Shown: piece after piece, positions 52,883-64,000 of the stretch | Layout of the letters: each line of letters opens with the position of its first letter | How positions within the stretch are numbered: position 1 is the first letter of the stretch | Notes under the pieces: model-generated | Database searches by the model: none | What the model was told of the DNA's origin: nothing | Seen by the model: only the letters and a program-made list of their open reading frames with translations | Translations under genes and position numbers: made by a program | Assembly: GCA_050575255.1 (NCBI GenBank) | Contig: JBNZDD010013588.1 | Coordinates: 1,675,004 to 1,739,003, forward strand | Source: Harriotta raleighana | Lineage: Eukaryota | Length of the DNA stretch: 64,000 nucleotides | Direction: 5' to 3'

Positions 52883-53315
52883 CAGTAAAGCCTTGTTTAT
52901 CTGTGACTCGAACTGGAAAACCCGTTCAACTGCCATCTCAAAAAAAAGTCCCGATTCGATGAACTGGAAATAATCCGGCAAATAATGATGTCGCATTTAA
53001 TGAATTGCCTATCGCACGGGAGTTCTGGTGCAGGTACTCGCGGCTGGCCGCTAGTTAGGTCTAAACTCGTTCCTGCTCCTTTTAAAAGACGCATTTTTTT
53101 CACTTCCGACGGGTGAGGGCCGCCGTTGCAAAGCTAAGTATAAATAATAAAATACTAATACAATATTATTTTATTAATTAGTCTATTAATATGGTATGTG
53201 TTAAAATAATTTTTAATTAAAAAATATATATATTTTTAAAAGACCGTTCAACCGGAAAACCGTTTAACCGCCATTGGCTAGGTCCCGTAGTTGCTGGATA
53301 AACAGCGTTTTACTG
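52883..53315. mobile_element. Related Tigger/pogo-like MITE in opposite orientation (WRAP73 intron 2)
   Basis: TA|CAGTAAAGCCTTGTTTATC ... GATAAACAGCGTTTTACTG|TA; interior is the reverse complement of much of 51087-51651. Confidence 0.8.
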
Positions 53316-54478
53316 TATATGGTTGTTGCAACTGAGACACCAGGCAGCTCAGCGGCAAAGATTACAGTACTCATTTCCCCCAGTAACATCCATAGCTATA
53401 TAAATGTATTTTTGATTGATAGCATAAAACTCTCCCTCCCACTGCATCATTGATTCCCAACAGCCATCAAGAGTGACAAAAAACTCCAACACTGTAAATT
53501 GGAAATTCTAATTTCTGCAGACTTGCTGCGAATATTGTAATGACAGTAATTCTCACTAATTTACAGTACATATTCACCTTCCTATTACTATTACCCTTCC
53601 TATTTTTAAATACATATTTCAAATAACAATCCAAGCCCAAAACTAATAAAGTTCATGAAGTAAAACAGTTCCATAAATTATTTTAAGGTCACCCGTTATA
53701 TCTTGGAAAGACCTCAGAATGGAGAATGAACAAACAAGGTTGTTAAAAATCATGCTTAGTCATTTTACAATATCATCATAATGGCAGAATAATTTTAGAG
53801 GACATTGCATTCATAATAAACAGTGCCCTCAATGCAGGATAACCATCAGTGAAGTTTTTTTTAAGAAAAGTTACTCTCGGACTGAGGTTCTGTGCAGTAT
53901 TTACTAAACAAGTTTCCCTGATATCAACATTACACAATGACAGCAACCAGTAACAAAATAAAGTTATAAAAACATCCTGTCAAAAGGTAATCACCCGTCT
54001 CTGATTCATCAGGGACAATAAAGATCTGGTCTGGTAAATGAAAAGGGTCAGATTAAGACTTGGGTGAGATAAGCAGTATCCTCTCCTACCTACATTAATA
54101 TCTTCCTCTCCCCTCCCCCTGCATACAGACCACCTGTTGGCTGAATACAGACGAGCAAAACAATCAACATCTTATAAAATGCTACACATGGTTCCCGAAA
54201 ATGCCTTTTCAACTGAAAAATATGTTGTCCATCTCAATTTGCCAACCAGATTGCAATTTCCAGACATCAAAAAGCAGCTTAATTTATGAGATCCTGATTT
54301 TATGAGATCTTGAAAGACATCACAGTGCAAGCAAAACCAAGTGTTTTGCTCTCCAAACTCCCAGCACACCCACTTGAAAAATTGTAAACTTTTAAAATGG
54401 CCCTTTATCATTTTAAAAATATTGAAAATTAGACTGCATTTTATACAAGCAACTGGCACTTTTAAACACACACTTTAC

Positions 54479-54631
54479 CTGTACAAGTCCACGCTTATAC
54501 ATGGCACACAAGATGAAAAGAGAGTCTGCGGACCATTCAACGTACTGAACCTGGTCAAGGCATGTGTATAACTGGAGGACCTGTAATGTATGCACATCTC
54601 GGATTACCAGTCGATATTGGACACACGTGGC
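54479..54631 (-). CDS. WRAP73: WRAP73 exon 2, [51 protein letters not shown]
   Basis: ttacag| acceptor, CAG|GTAAA donor, 153 nt. Confidence 0.95.
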
Positions 54632-54959
54632 CTGTAATACAAAATTTTTAAAAACATTAAGCATAAAAATCTTTTTTAACAATTTACCCTCAGTTTAATA
54701 GTCAAAGATCTCATTGAAATGGCAAAAGGCACTATAGTATATATCAAATGCAAGTATTATTATTTAAATTTGTACATTTCTGGGTGACTTGAATACTCAA
54801 AGCTATTCACATTAAAAAAAGGCCATATATTTTAACAAGCTTCTATTTTTTTTTAATTTTCCTGTTTTCCATTTAGATGATAATCATCAGTTTTACACCC
54901 CACTTGTTATTTAGCAATGTTCCATAAACAGCCATAAAGTTAATGTTTTTTTTTAAAAA

Positions 54960-55330
54960 TCTGAGTGACCGTCGGCCAGGACGCCAGAAGACTCCCCTCT
55001 CTATTCAAATAACACCATCTTCCTGAACAATTAGATAGGACCTTTGCTTCACATCTCATCCAAATGACAACACCTTAATTAATTCACCAAAGTGAGTACC
55101 AGTCTAGACTGTGACCTCAGTCTTAATCTGCGACTTGAACCCAAAATCTTCCACTCAGAGGCATTACTAAATAAACCAGGCTGACACACATAATTCTTGC
55201 ATTTAATATAGCACCTATAATATCAAAATATCTCAAAGCACTTCACATGCAATTGCTGTCAAGTGAAGTGACTATGTAGTTATAGATTAACACAGCAGTC
55301 AATTTACACACAGACCCACTGGTGACCAAG
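54960..55330 (-). mobile_element. Old DeuSINE-like remnants
   Basis: GGCCAGGACGCCAGAAGACTCCCC...ACATCTCATCCAAATGACAACACC...CAGTCTAGA...GACTTGAACCC...ACTCAGAGGC, followed by a second tail. Confidence 0.55.
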
Positions 55331-55629
55331 AAGTGAATGAACAGTTTACCTAGAGAGAGGATTGTTGACAGTGCACCAGGAGAAATTCCCTTCCCTTTTC
55401 CAAGTCTCACACGGTCGTTAACACACTATACAACAACAATTGTGCCCTTCAGGAGGAGGGATAACACCACAGAGCGCTGCTTACAAACAAAGGCTGGACA
55501 GCAACAACAACAACCCTAAATAATTTGACAGGATCAGCAATGGAAACAGGACTGGTTATATGGTTGGCTTGAATCCTGGTACAGGGCTGCTGCCCCAGCA
55601 ACATAAGAGTACCAACAACGTTGACAATA

Positions 55630-56230
55630 AAATAATAGCAATAATCCTTGCATTCGATATAGCACCTTTCACACGAGGAGGATGTCTGCAAGCACGCGAA
55701 AGGATTCTCTGTAAAGTTCACTGACTTTGCATTTGATAGGCAAGCACAGCAGACAATTTTGCAGCAATTCATCTGGCAGGCTGTAAAGTAGTAGGAGTCT
55801 GTTTTTAAGAACAAAAGTGCATCTGATACAGTTCACATAACCTCCAAATGTCTCAAAAGCACTTTGCGTCCAATTACTTTCAGGTGTAGTAATCCTTGCG
55901 TTTGATAACACTCCTTGCATTTTGACATAGCGCTTTTCACGTCTTCTAGACGTCTCAAAGCGCTTCAGAGAAGGTACAGTACTGTGAAGTGAATTGAACT
56001 GCATGTTTGGTGGGCGAAACGCGACAGCCAAATGCGCACAGCAGGGTCCTCCACAGTGGCGGATTGAAATGACCCATTTCTTACAGGTTATGTCCAGGTC
56101 GGATTATTATTAGGCATGTGCGCGCGGAGTAAGGTAAGGTAAGCTGCCCAAGGTTTCGCCCTGACCTCCTGGATTCGAACACAGGTCTCACACTTGAAAA
56201 GGCGAGTGCTCTAACCACTGAGCTACAGCA
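55630..56230 (-). mobile_element. tRNA-derived SINE with additional tail fragments (WRAP73 intron 1)
   Basis: Full copy 55910-56230 plus tail pieces at 55630-55760 and 55840-55910. Confidence 0.85.
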
Positions 56231-56712
56231 CTCCCCTTCACAGTGGAGTCCTAGTGACTATGTGTAATTCTTGTGAGGGGGAACAGGAACGGGCTGCGGG
56301 GGGCCTGCAGCAGAGTCATCATCAACAACAACAANCACAACATTACACTTTCACGCCTTTTATCCTTCACATTGACAGTAGCAGGAGTGGGAGGGGGGGT
56401 GGGGGGGGGGACAGAGAGAGAGAGAGAGAGAGATAGAGGCGANAACCACAACATTACACTTGTAGAGCGCCTTTCACGCCTTTTATCCTTCACATTGACA
56501 GTAGCAGGAGTGGGAGGGGAGGTGGGTGGGGGGGAACAGAGAGAGAGAGAGAGAGACAGAGGCGACTCCATTCCTCCTAAGCTTCTTTGCGTCTGCTCAG
56601 TGCTGGAAATGCAAGTAGAAAATCCAGTCAGCCCCGGGGCCCTGCCTGCTGCTCACTGAAGCTCAAGCAAAAGACACAACACAGACAGAGCGAGCGAGCG
56701 AGGCTTACTCAC

Positions 56713-56781
56713 CAAATACACGCCGTCAGGAGAAAGACTGCACAGCTGACCTGATTGCTTGAAGAGCTCGGAAAAGTTCAT
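56713..56781 (-). CDS. WRAP73: WRAP73 exon 1, MNFSELFKQSGQLCSLSPDGVYL
   Basis: ATG at 56781, TTG|GTGAG donor, 69 nt; MNFSE..SPDG N-terminus of WRAP73/WDR8. Confidence 0.93.
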
Positions 56782-56879
56782 GACTCTTTTCTCCCTCACT
56801 CCTCCCTCCCCCCCCCCCCTCCCTCTCACCACCACCTCTCACTCACTCACTCACTCACTTTCTCTCTGTCTGTCTCTTG

Positions 56880-57200
56880 CTAGCTCACTCTCTCCCGCCT
56901 AACGCGCCGCCAGCCAGTCCGGGCGCGCGCAACGACCGTTAAACCGTCACTTCTGAGGGTGGGGGGGTGCGGAAGTCACGCGCTTCTTCTCTCCGCCCTC
57001 CCGTCCCGCCTACTCTACCTTCCGATTGACAGCGGCTTCGTCCAACCGGGTTGAAGCAAACGGCGTCCCTGCTCCCGCCCTTGCTACTGACTGACAACCG
57101 ATCCACCAATAGAAGCGGGCACGCGTGGATGGATGCATGCTGGGAATCGCTGGCGGGTTTGCCGCCTTCAGAGAGTGGAAGTCAAGTGCAAGTGTGAGGG
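56880..57200. promoter_or_regulatory. CpG-rich WRAP73 promoter
   Basis: Local CpG/GC enrichment just upstream of the ATG; ETS motif CGGAAGT 56970-56976, GC-box-like CCGCCC, CCAAT 57106-57110, ZNF143/SBS-like GCATGCTGGGA 57135-57145. Confidence 0.7.
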
Positions 57201-59199
57201 AGAGCGAAGTGGGGTTTGTGTGTTACTGAGGGAAAGGTGCGTGTAAGGTTTGTAAGTACAGTATGTTTGAGGAGAAAGTGTCAGCTGTGTGTAATAACAG
57301 TAAATGTCTTGTGATAATAATCCTTGCACTCGATATAGCTTATTGCAGGGTACCTCAAAGCGCTTTCGCAGACTATACTGTACAGTGAATTTGACTGTTT
57401 ATTGCGTCAGTGAAACCAGGCATCCAATTGCGCCCAGCATTGTGTCCTCCTCCCCCCCCCCTACACACACAGTCCTGGATTGAAATGACTAATTTATTTT
57501 TTTATATAAAAAAGGAAATTATTACCCACAGGAAGAGTGATTCACCAGTCTCACTTGCTATGTATATGGTGGGCATTTGTGGACTCAATTTAGTATTTTT
57601 GAGGGGAGGCTGTTAAGACAGAGTTCACTATGTCTGGTGAGGGCTCGTGTGTCAAAGGAGGTTGTAAAGTTAAGTCAACTTTTTCTGAGAAGTGGAAGTG
57701 AAAGTAATGAGATACTATATGGGGAGGGGGGGGTAATTATTTTTTATGAGACATTGTCTACATGACAAGAGCTCTGGTGGCTCAAATGGACATTAGTAAT
57801 AATACTTTTATTTGAAATTGTACCCGATCACGTCTTCGGGGCGACTCAAATCTGTTCGCTGGATGTACTGTGAAGTGAAGTGAATCTACTGCATGTCTTG
57901 AAGTCGAGACATGGCAACCAATTTCTAGGGATCCATGATACCAATCTCAAGAAGAGTGGGAAATCTTTGCCAATATTTTTGTCATACAGATTCACACAGA
58001 AAAAAAAAGTTTAATTTGCCAGTTCATCTTTTCTTATTAGCTGCCCTTTTCGTCTATAGATAACAACAGTTTACTACTCTTCCAATAACTCTCTTTGTAA
58101 TCCATCTTGACCGAAGTATTGTATGAGTTATAATGTTTTAAATTCATAAAAATATTTTTTTTTACTATTGTAACAATCATGTTTAATGTATACAATACTA
58201 TACATATTGTTGGCCTTGGGACTTCCTTCCGACGTGAAGTTGCTGTGTATATGTAATTTAGTTGTTGCTTCTTGTATGTTAACTACATAATGTTGCAATT
58301 CAACACACAAACAATTAATTCACAATTAATGTCAATACCAATACATTAATACAGTATGTATTAGAAACATTTCACTCGTCTTATGATCAAAGCCAGTTTT
58401 GCCTTTCATATTATAATGATCAGTTCCCATTTTGCCTTTCGTATTTGCTAAGCGCAACGCATTTTAACGTCTAGAATTTTTGTGACCAGCTTCATTCCTA
58501 TTAACTTCATCCACATCAAAAGTGTCCCATAATTTCGGAGTTTTCATATTCACAGAAATTTTGACCGTAGGACTTTTGGATAAATTAAAAGTTGCGTTTT
58601 CCGCTGTACAGCAAAGATAATAACACCCCTATAATTATGAAAATGGATGATCTTTGAGGGTTTTTCACAATTACGCAAGTAAAGTCAAATTGAATCGTTT
58701 CGATGCTGTATGTAAATGGAATTGCAAGCAATATCGCTGCAATTCGTTCAAGATTAATTAGATGGTGTCGTGTCCCGTAGAATTTTATGTTTATTAGATA
58801 GGTGTTCTGTGAGTCGGTGCAGCTTTTGCGTTAGTTTAGTGACTATTCATTAGATACATCAATTAATTCCGACTGAGAAAAGTTGATTTAATTTTTTTGC
58901 TGAACCGCCTCCGAAATAATTCACATTGACATTCAACGCCGTCCCTCTTCAAATCTTCCTCTCTCCGGACTTCTGCATTAGCGCTCTGCGTCTTTTATTA
59001 TTTCTTTAGGACTGTGCATGAGACGAAAATAGTTTCCAATATTATTTCACTTTTGGTGGGGAGGGAGGGGGAGATAGCCGACTACAGCTGGAAAGAAACA
59101 TAGTCTTGCTATGTGTAGTTTAGATTCCGTTTGTAGGTTTTTTTTCAATTCTTTAGGGACAGCGTTTCTGGGTTTTTTTTGATGATGCTTTAGATAAAA

Positions 59200-59710
59200 G
59201 TGTCACTCACTGATGGGAGTGCTGCTGTTCTTGCCTGCTCGCTCTCTCTCTCTCTCCTCCCCTTTTTGTTTCCCGGTTGAATGGGTTTCTTCCCGCCTGT
59301 GTAAGCTCCAGTGGCGGTTCTGACAGACGAGACTCTCTGTGTGTGTGACTCTCTGTGTGTGTATCTCTCTGAATGAAACTGCCTTTATATACATACAGAC
59401 TCCCTCTTGACCAAGCGAGGCGGAGCTATCGGTGGGCAACCTTTCTCCCCAGCTCAGGTACACTAACCACCCGTGTCAATGACTATTCCTTGTTGCTGCT
59501 GAATCGACAGAAGAGACGCCTTTTTCTTTTCTCACCCACCCACCAACAATGTAATCGAACAATGTCCGATAGTCGTGAGCTAGCAAACAACTAACCTCGG
59601 ACTCCGGCGAACATCAAACCGTTCACTCACTCGTGAGGGGAGGTGAGATTGTGGATCAATTTGCACATTGAGGGGGCTTGGAGTTTGTAAATCAATTTAA
59701 CTCCGGGTGA
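59200..59710 (+). promoter_or_regulatory. Candidate TP73 (TA) promoter / non-coding first exon
   Basis: CpG-enriched patch about 2.5 kb from the WRAP73 start. E2F-type TTCCCGCC 59290-59297, TATA-like TTTATATA 59384-59391, strong donor CGG|GTGAGT at 59706/59707. TP73 identity is by synteny only. Confidence 0.4.
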
Positions 59711-62700
59711 GTAGCTGGATGTGTGTCTTTTATTATTTGCTTTGGATCTAAAATACTTCCTACGCTTTAGCTTTTTTTTTAATGGGCAGGATAAGCACGG
59801 AATGCCGCATTTTAAAGTGTGAAAGTTCGATTTCCGTGCAATGCAAAAAAAAGACAATATTCTATCGTTTTAACTACTTGTATGGCTGTATGTCGGAAAC
59901 GTGACGTTGCAGGAATTTAGATTTTATGTATCGTTCTTAAATGGCATTTTCTTCATGCTACTCATTCGGATTATATATTGTATGTAGATATTTATAATAC
60001 AATGTCCTTGAGGGCAATTTTTCGTTGAACGAAAGTCACATTTTATTCGTTTGAAAAACTGCGAGGTGTGCTTTGCCGTGTTATTCCGATTATTCTAAAT
60101 TTTAAATCGAAACGTATTTCAGTTTTCATCCAGGGAATGTCACAATTCGATATTTTGCTTTCGATGCAAACGAATTTCACCTAATGACTAAAATAACATT
60201 TGCATGTAGAGGTCATCAATCTATGACGATGCAAACGGCTTAATTAAGATGTCAATCACGATACTTTGATCTTTCAGTTTTAAGTAACAGATTAAACAAA
60301 TGTTTATATATGTGTTTATATACATAAATAATACTATATATATATAATCCTTGCATTTAATATATATTTCACTCTTCTATTATGTTTTCATTCAAATACA
60401 GTTGCATCTATCATTATATAGTATATTATGTCGATTTAAATCTATTTTATAACAATAAATTATCCTTGAAATTTTACTTATTTCTAATATATTCAAATAT
60501 CATAAAATCTGTAAGGCTTCAAAGAGAAATGACACATAGCTGATGTTTTCTTATTTAAAACAATTACCTACATCCAGGCGTCAACAACAACAACACAATT
60601 AAATTTGTTTAGTGCCTGTCATGTCGGGAGAACGTTAATGACAGAATCTGTGTAAACCCCCTTCCCCCCCAAAAAAAGTTTGAATCTATTTTGTTATTTG
60701 ACAATTGCAATTCATTGCAAGACTGATGGGTGTTGGGGTTGGTTTTGCCTGAGGTGTTTGCTGGAAACTGTGAATGGTAAGATTTGTTTGTGTAGTTTCA
60801 CTAATGGGTGACGTGGAACCCACAGGTAAATCAGCCAAGGGGTATAAACAGATCATCTGCTTCTGTGCTGTAATGTGCTAACTCCATAAATGGCCAGAGT
60901 TGTCACTTGGAAAATGACTGTTTAGGAGGTTACGTTGGAGAACGCCATTGCTGATTTCCCCTCCTTGGCTGTGAGAGTTCTTGACCCACACTCAGTTTGG
61001 CTGACTTTGGGAGCCCAGCTCATTGGGAAACACAAGCACAATGCGTCCTCAGACCTTTTCTTGTGCTGCACATTGGAACAAGTTTCAAACAATGGAAAAT
61101 GAGAGGTCATCTTGTGCTTTTTTCGTCAAGGAATTGACTGAGGGAAGGAAGCTTCACAAGATATGGGGAATTTTACCATTAAATGGTATAAACAGTTGTA
61201 GTTTGGACAATTGTAGTTCGCTATGTCATGACATCTTGCCCTCTATTTGTTCCAGAAAAGGACAATTGAGGTTCCTCTCATCCATTTGTGTAGCATCCAT
61301 TGTTAACCAATGAGTTACTGCAGTTTATGCTTTCATAATCATAAAGAAATATAGAGAGAACAGATAAACACTTGTAAAATAAATAGAAAATATTGCAAAA
61401 TGATTAGTTAAATCTACTGTATTGCAAATAATTTTGGTTCATTGAATTCAAAGTGTTAGTACATAATAATGCAGCTAGCCTGTGGAAATAGTAGTACAAC
61501 TTCCCACGACCATCTGTTAGTGGAGAACATAGCTTCTGTCAAGTCACAGAGTGTATTATATAGGAACGAGTAATGAAAAACAACAAGTACTCTATGTGAT
61601 ATCACAGGTGTATACACCAGATTGAAGTAAGAGATGGAAAAGCATAGAGAAACAAGCTTTACGTCATGACATTGGAACATTTAGTTTACAGGAATATATT
61701 TTTATAGACATAAGGATAGGTACAAGGTTTACTTAAACGTGTTCCACATTGTAATTTCCAAGTGTAAAAACAAAAACAAATATAAAACCTATTCATTGAA
61801 AAAAAACAGAGGAGTACTTTTATGTGCAGTATTGATGATTTAGTGTTCCAATTCTGTGAGGAATTAAAATACAATACATTGGTTTACAGACTACAGTATT
61901 ACTAAATCATGAGCACTTTGTTTCAGGAGAGATGCAAGCAATTTTGTTTAAGATTTCTTTTTTTCTTCTGCAGTAAATGAACTTGACATTGCAACATTGA
62001 TGCTCCTTGTGGGTCTGTTGAGACTCTCTAGGTGACCCCAGTGGACAGAGTTGTGTTGTGTTACTATGGATGTTACCAGGGTGATGTGTGTAACTAACTA
62101 GGAGGGGAGCAGGTGAACCCAAGCTAAAAGTGTAACAGTACTGGCTTGGGATGCTAGCTAAAATATAACTTTTGTGCTGCTTATGTTATTGAATGTAAAA
62201 AAAAACGACAAATGACAACACAAAGTGTTACTATGCAACATTACAAAGAGCAAGGAAATGTATGCCACAATATCACAATATCCAAAGATAATTAACCCTT
62301 GGGTGGTGCTTATCTGCCTTGCATTAAGTTATCATAATTGTAAAATGTCAAACAGATGTTGCTATACTAATTCTAACCTTTAACCTTAAACTGTTCGAAT
62401 CAAAACCAACAGTTGTGAATATAACTTCTAAATTTTGAATGGTTGTGCATGCTGTATTTTTTTATATGTATTTTTGATCCTATTTTCACGAGAGAAAATT
62501 TTCTCAATCTTGGTACATTGCACAAGAAAGGAGAGCCATGCTTGGCAGCCATGTTTGTTCAGTAAAATTTTGACCCAAGCCACGAACATCATTTTAAGTG
62601 TTCCTTGACTCTAGCCATTTATACAGGACTCTATATAAATGCAATTTGTTATTTCAAACCATGTGGATCACTCCTGATTTATGAATCTACTAGAATTGTT

Positions 62701-64000
62701 TGAGTAGGTAACTAAATTGATGCATCAAGTCTACCCAGCGAATAAACAACAACAAAATTACATTTGTTTTTAAAATGTATGCTGTGTGTATCTAAAGTGA
62801 TGCAAACAGAAAACAACATTTATATTTCATGTTGCGAATTACCATGACAATTGGATGAAAATAAGTATATCAGTACTATATACTAAGCACAAAACTGCTA
62901 AACACAACAAGTACCAATTTGTTTGTCATTTTATTAAAGGAGTGGCTACATGAAGCTCATGATAGCAAATTGTTGAAGCTCATGATAGCAAATTAACTAA
63001 TTGAGGTGAAAACAAGTTTGGCAAGAGGAAACCAAGTAATGACAATGGTGAAAACTCCTATCTAGAAGCCGTAAGTTGAGAATTTATTTGATGATGGTGT
63101 CACACTTTGCAGCAGGTTAGATTGCATGTATAGAAGTGATGAACTTCCAAAAGCTCTGAACCTAATTAGTAAATTGATAAATCAATGAAGCATATGTCCT
63201 TGATTGGTCTCTTACAAAAGTGGAAAAAATGAAGACTTCAATGTGACTATCTTGGCAGAGTTGCAAGAAGAAGGATAGTTCTGTGTGATTGTAGAAAGGA
63301 AAGATTTAAACAGAACATGATACATATCTTTGAAATGCTGAGGTATTTAAATGTTACATGTACAGTTTAATTTTACATTCATGATGTATTGTTTTCTTAT
63401 AATTTAGTATTGGACTGAGCTAATTCAAAGAATGTAGAGTCACAAAAGCGAACAAAGCACAATAGTGGTTAACCCCTACATTAAAAATCCACAAACCAGA
63501 TTTGTGGATGTAGTAGAATAATCTCTACCTTTATTAAACATTTACTTTATGAATATACTACCACATTTGAGAATAGGGAGAAAAGAGGAAATGCTTTACA
63601 GTAACCTATTTTGTACCTGTCCAGCCATTTGTGCATCATATAATTTATATTCAAAAATGAGTATGAATGTTTTAATTTCAATTATTTTATCTAACGTGAC
63701 ATGCATCGAAAAGGTGATGAAGAGCTATGGGATATGCTTTATATTCCGCTATTGTTCTGACCTTAATCCACTTGTGATTGAAGCTCTCCTGAGTTATCAG
63801 GTCAGTTGCTTGTGAGACAAAATTATGTCCCTTGTTTCCTCATCATGTATCCTTTATATATATTTGAGGGAGGGAAATCAACATCAATATAGAAATTATA
63901 AGGCAATAAAAAAAAGACAACATTTCAAAAATGAAGAATAAAGCCACAGGAAACAACCTGTGAGTCTTGTACAGCATATAGTGGGTTAAACACATCAACA

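Noticed and set aside
57200-64000. TP73 coding exon
   Set aside because: No MxQS...FEHLW-type transactivation peptide or other p53-family sequence was seen in any frame.

Overview
Eukaryotic (vertebrate) genomic DNA, most likely a cartilaginous fish such as the elephant shark/chimaera, inferred from the dominant tRNA-head/Deu-type SINE. The window holds the block syntenic with human 1p36.32. It contains the first four coding exons of MEGF6 (- strand, running off the left edge), a complete 5-exon TPRG1L (+, 303 aa) and a complete 12-exon WRAP73/WDR8 (-, 451 aa). Right of the WRAP73 promoter is a gene-poor stretch that by synteny should hold the TP73 promoter and first intron; no TP73 coding exon was seen. 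All 21 exons were placed by hand using GT-AG boundaries with consistent reading phase. The rest is about 25 SINE copies, L2/CR1 3' fragments, several Tigger-like and hAT-like MITEs, micro- and minisatellites, and several near-perfect tandem duplications joined at N's that look like assembly artefacts. I found no convincing wholly new biological system. The best leads are an inverted MITE pair bracketing the frame-preserving WRAP73 exon 3, a 31-bp G-rich minisatellite with an inverted copy in the MEGF6/TPRG1L divergent-promoter region, and nested transposon insertions.
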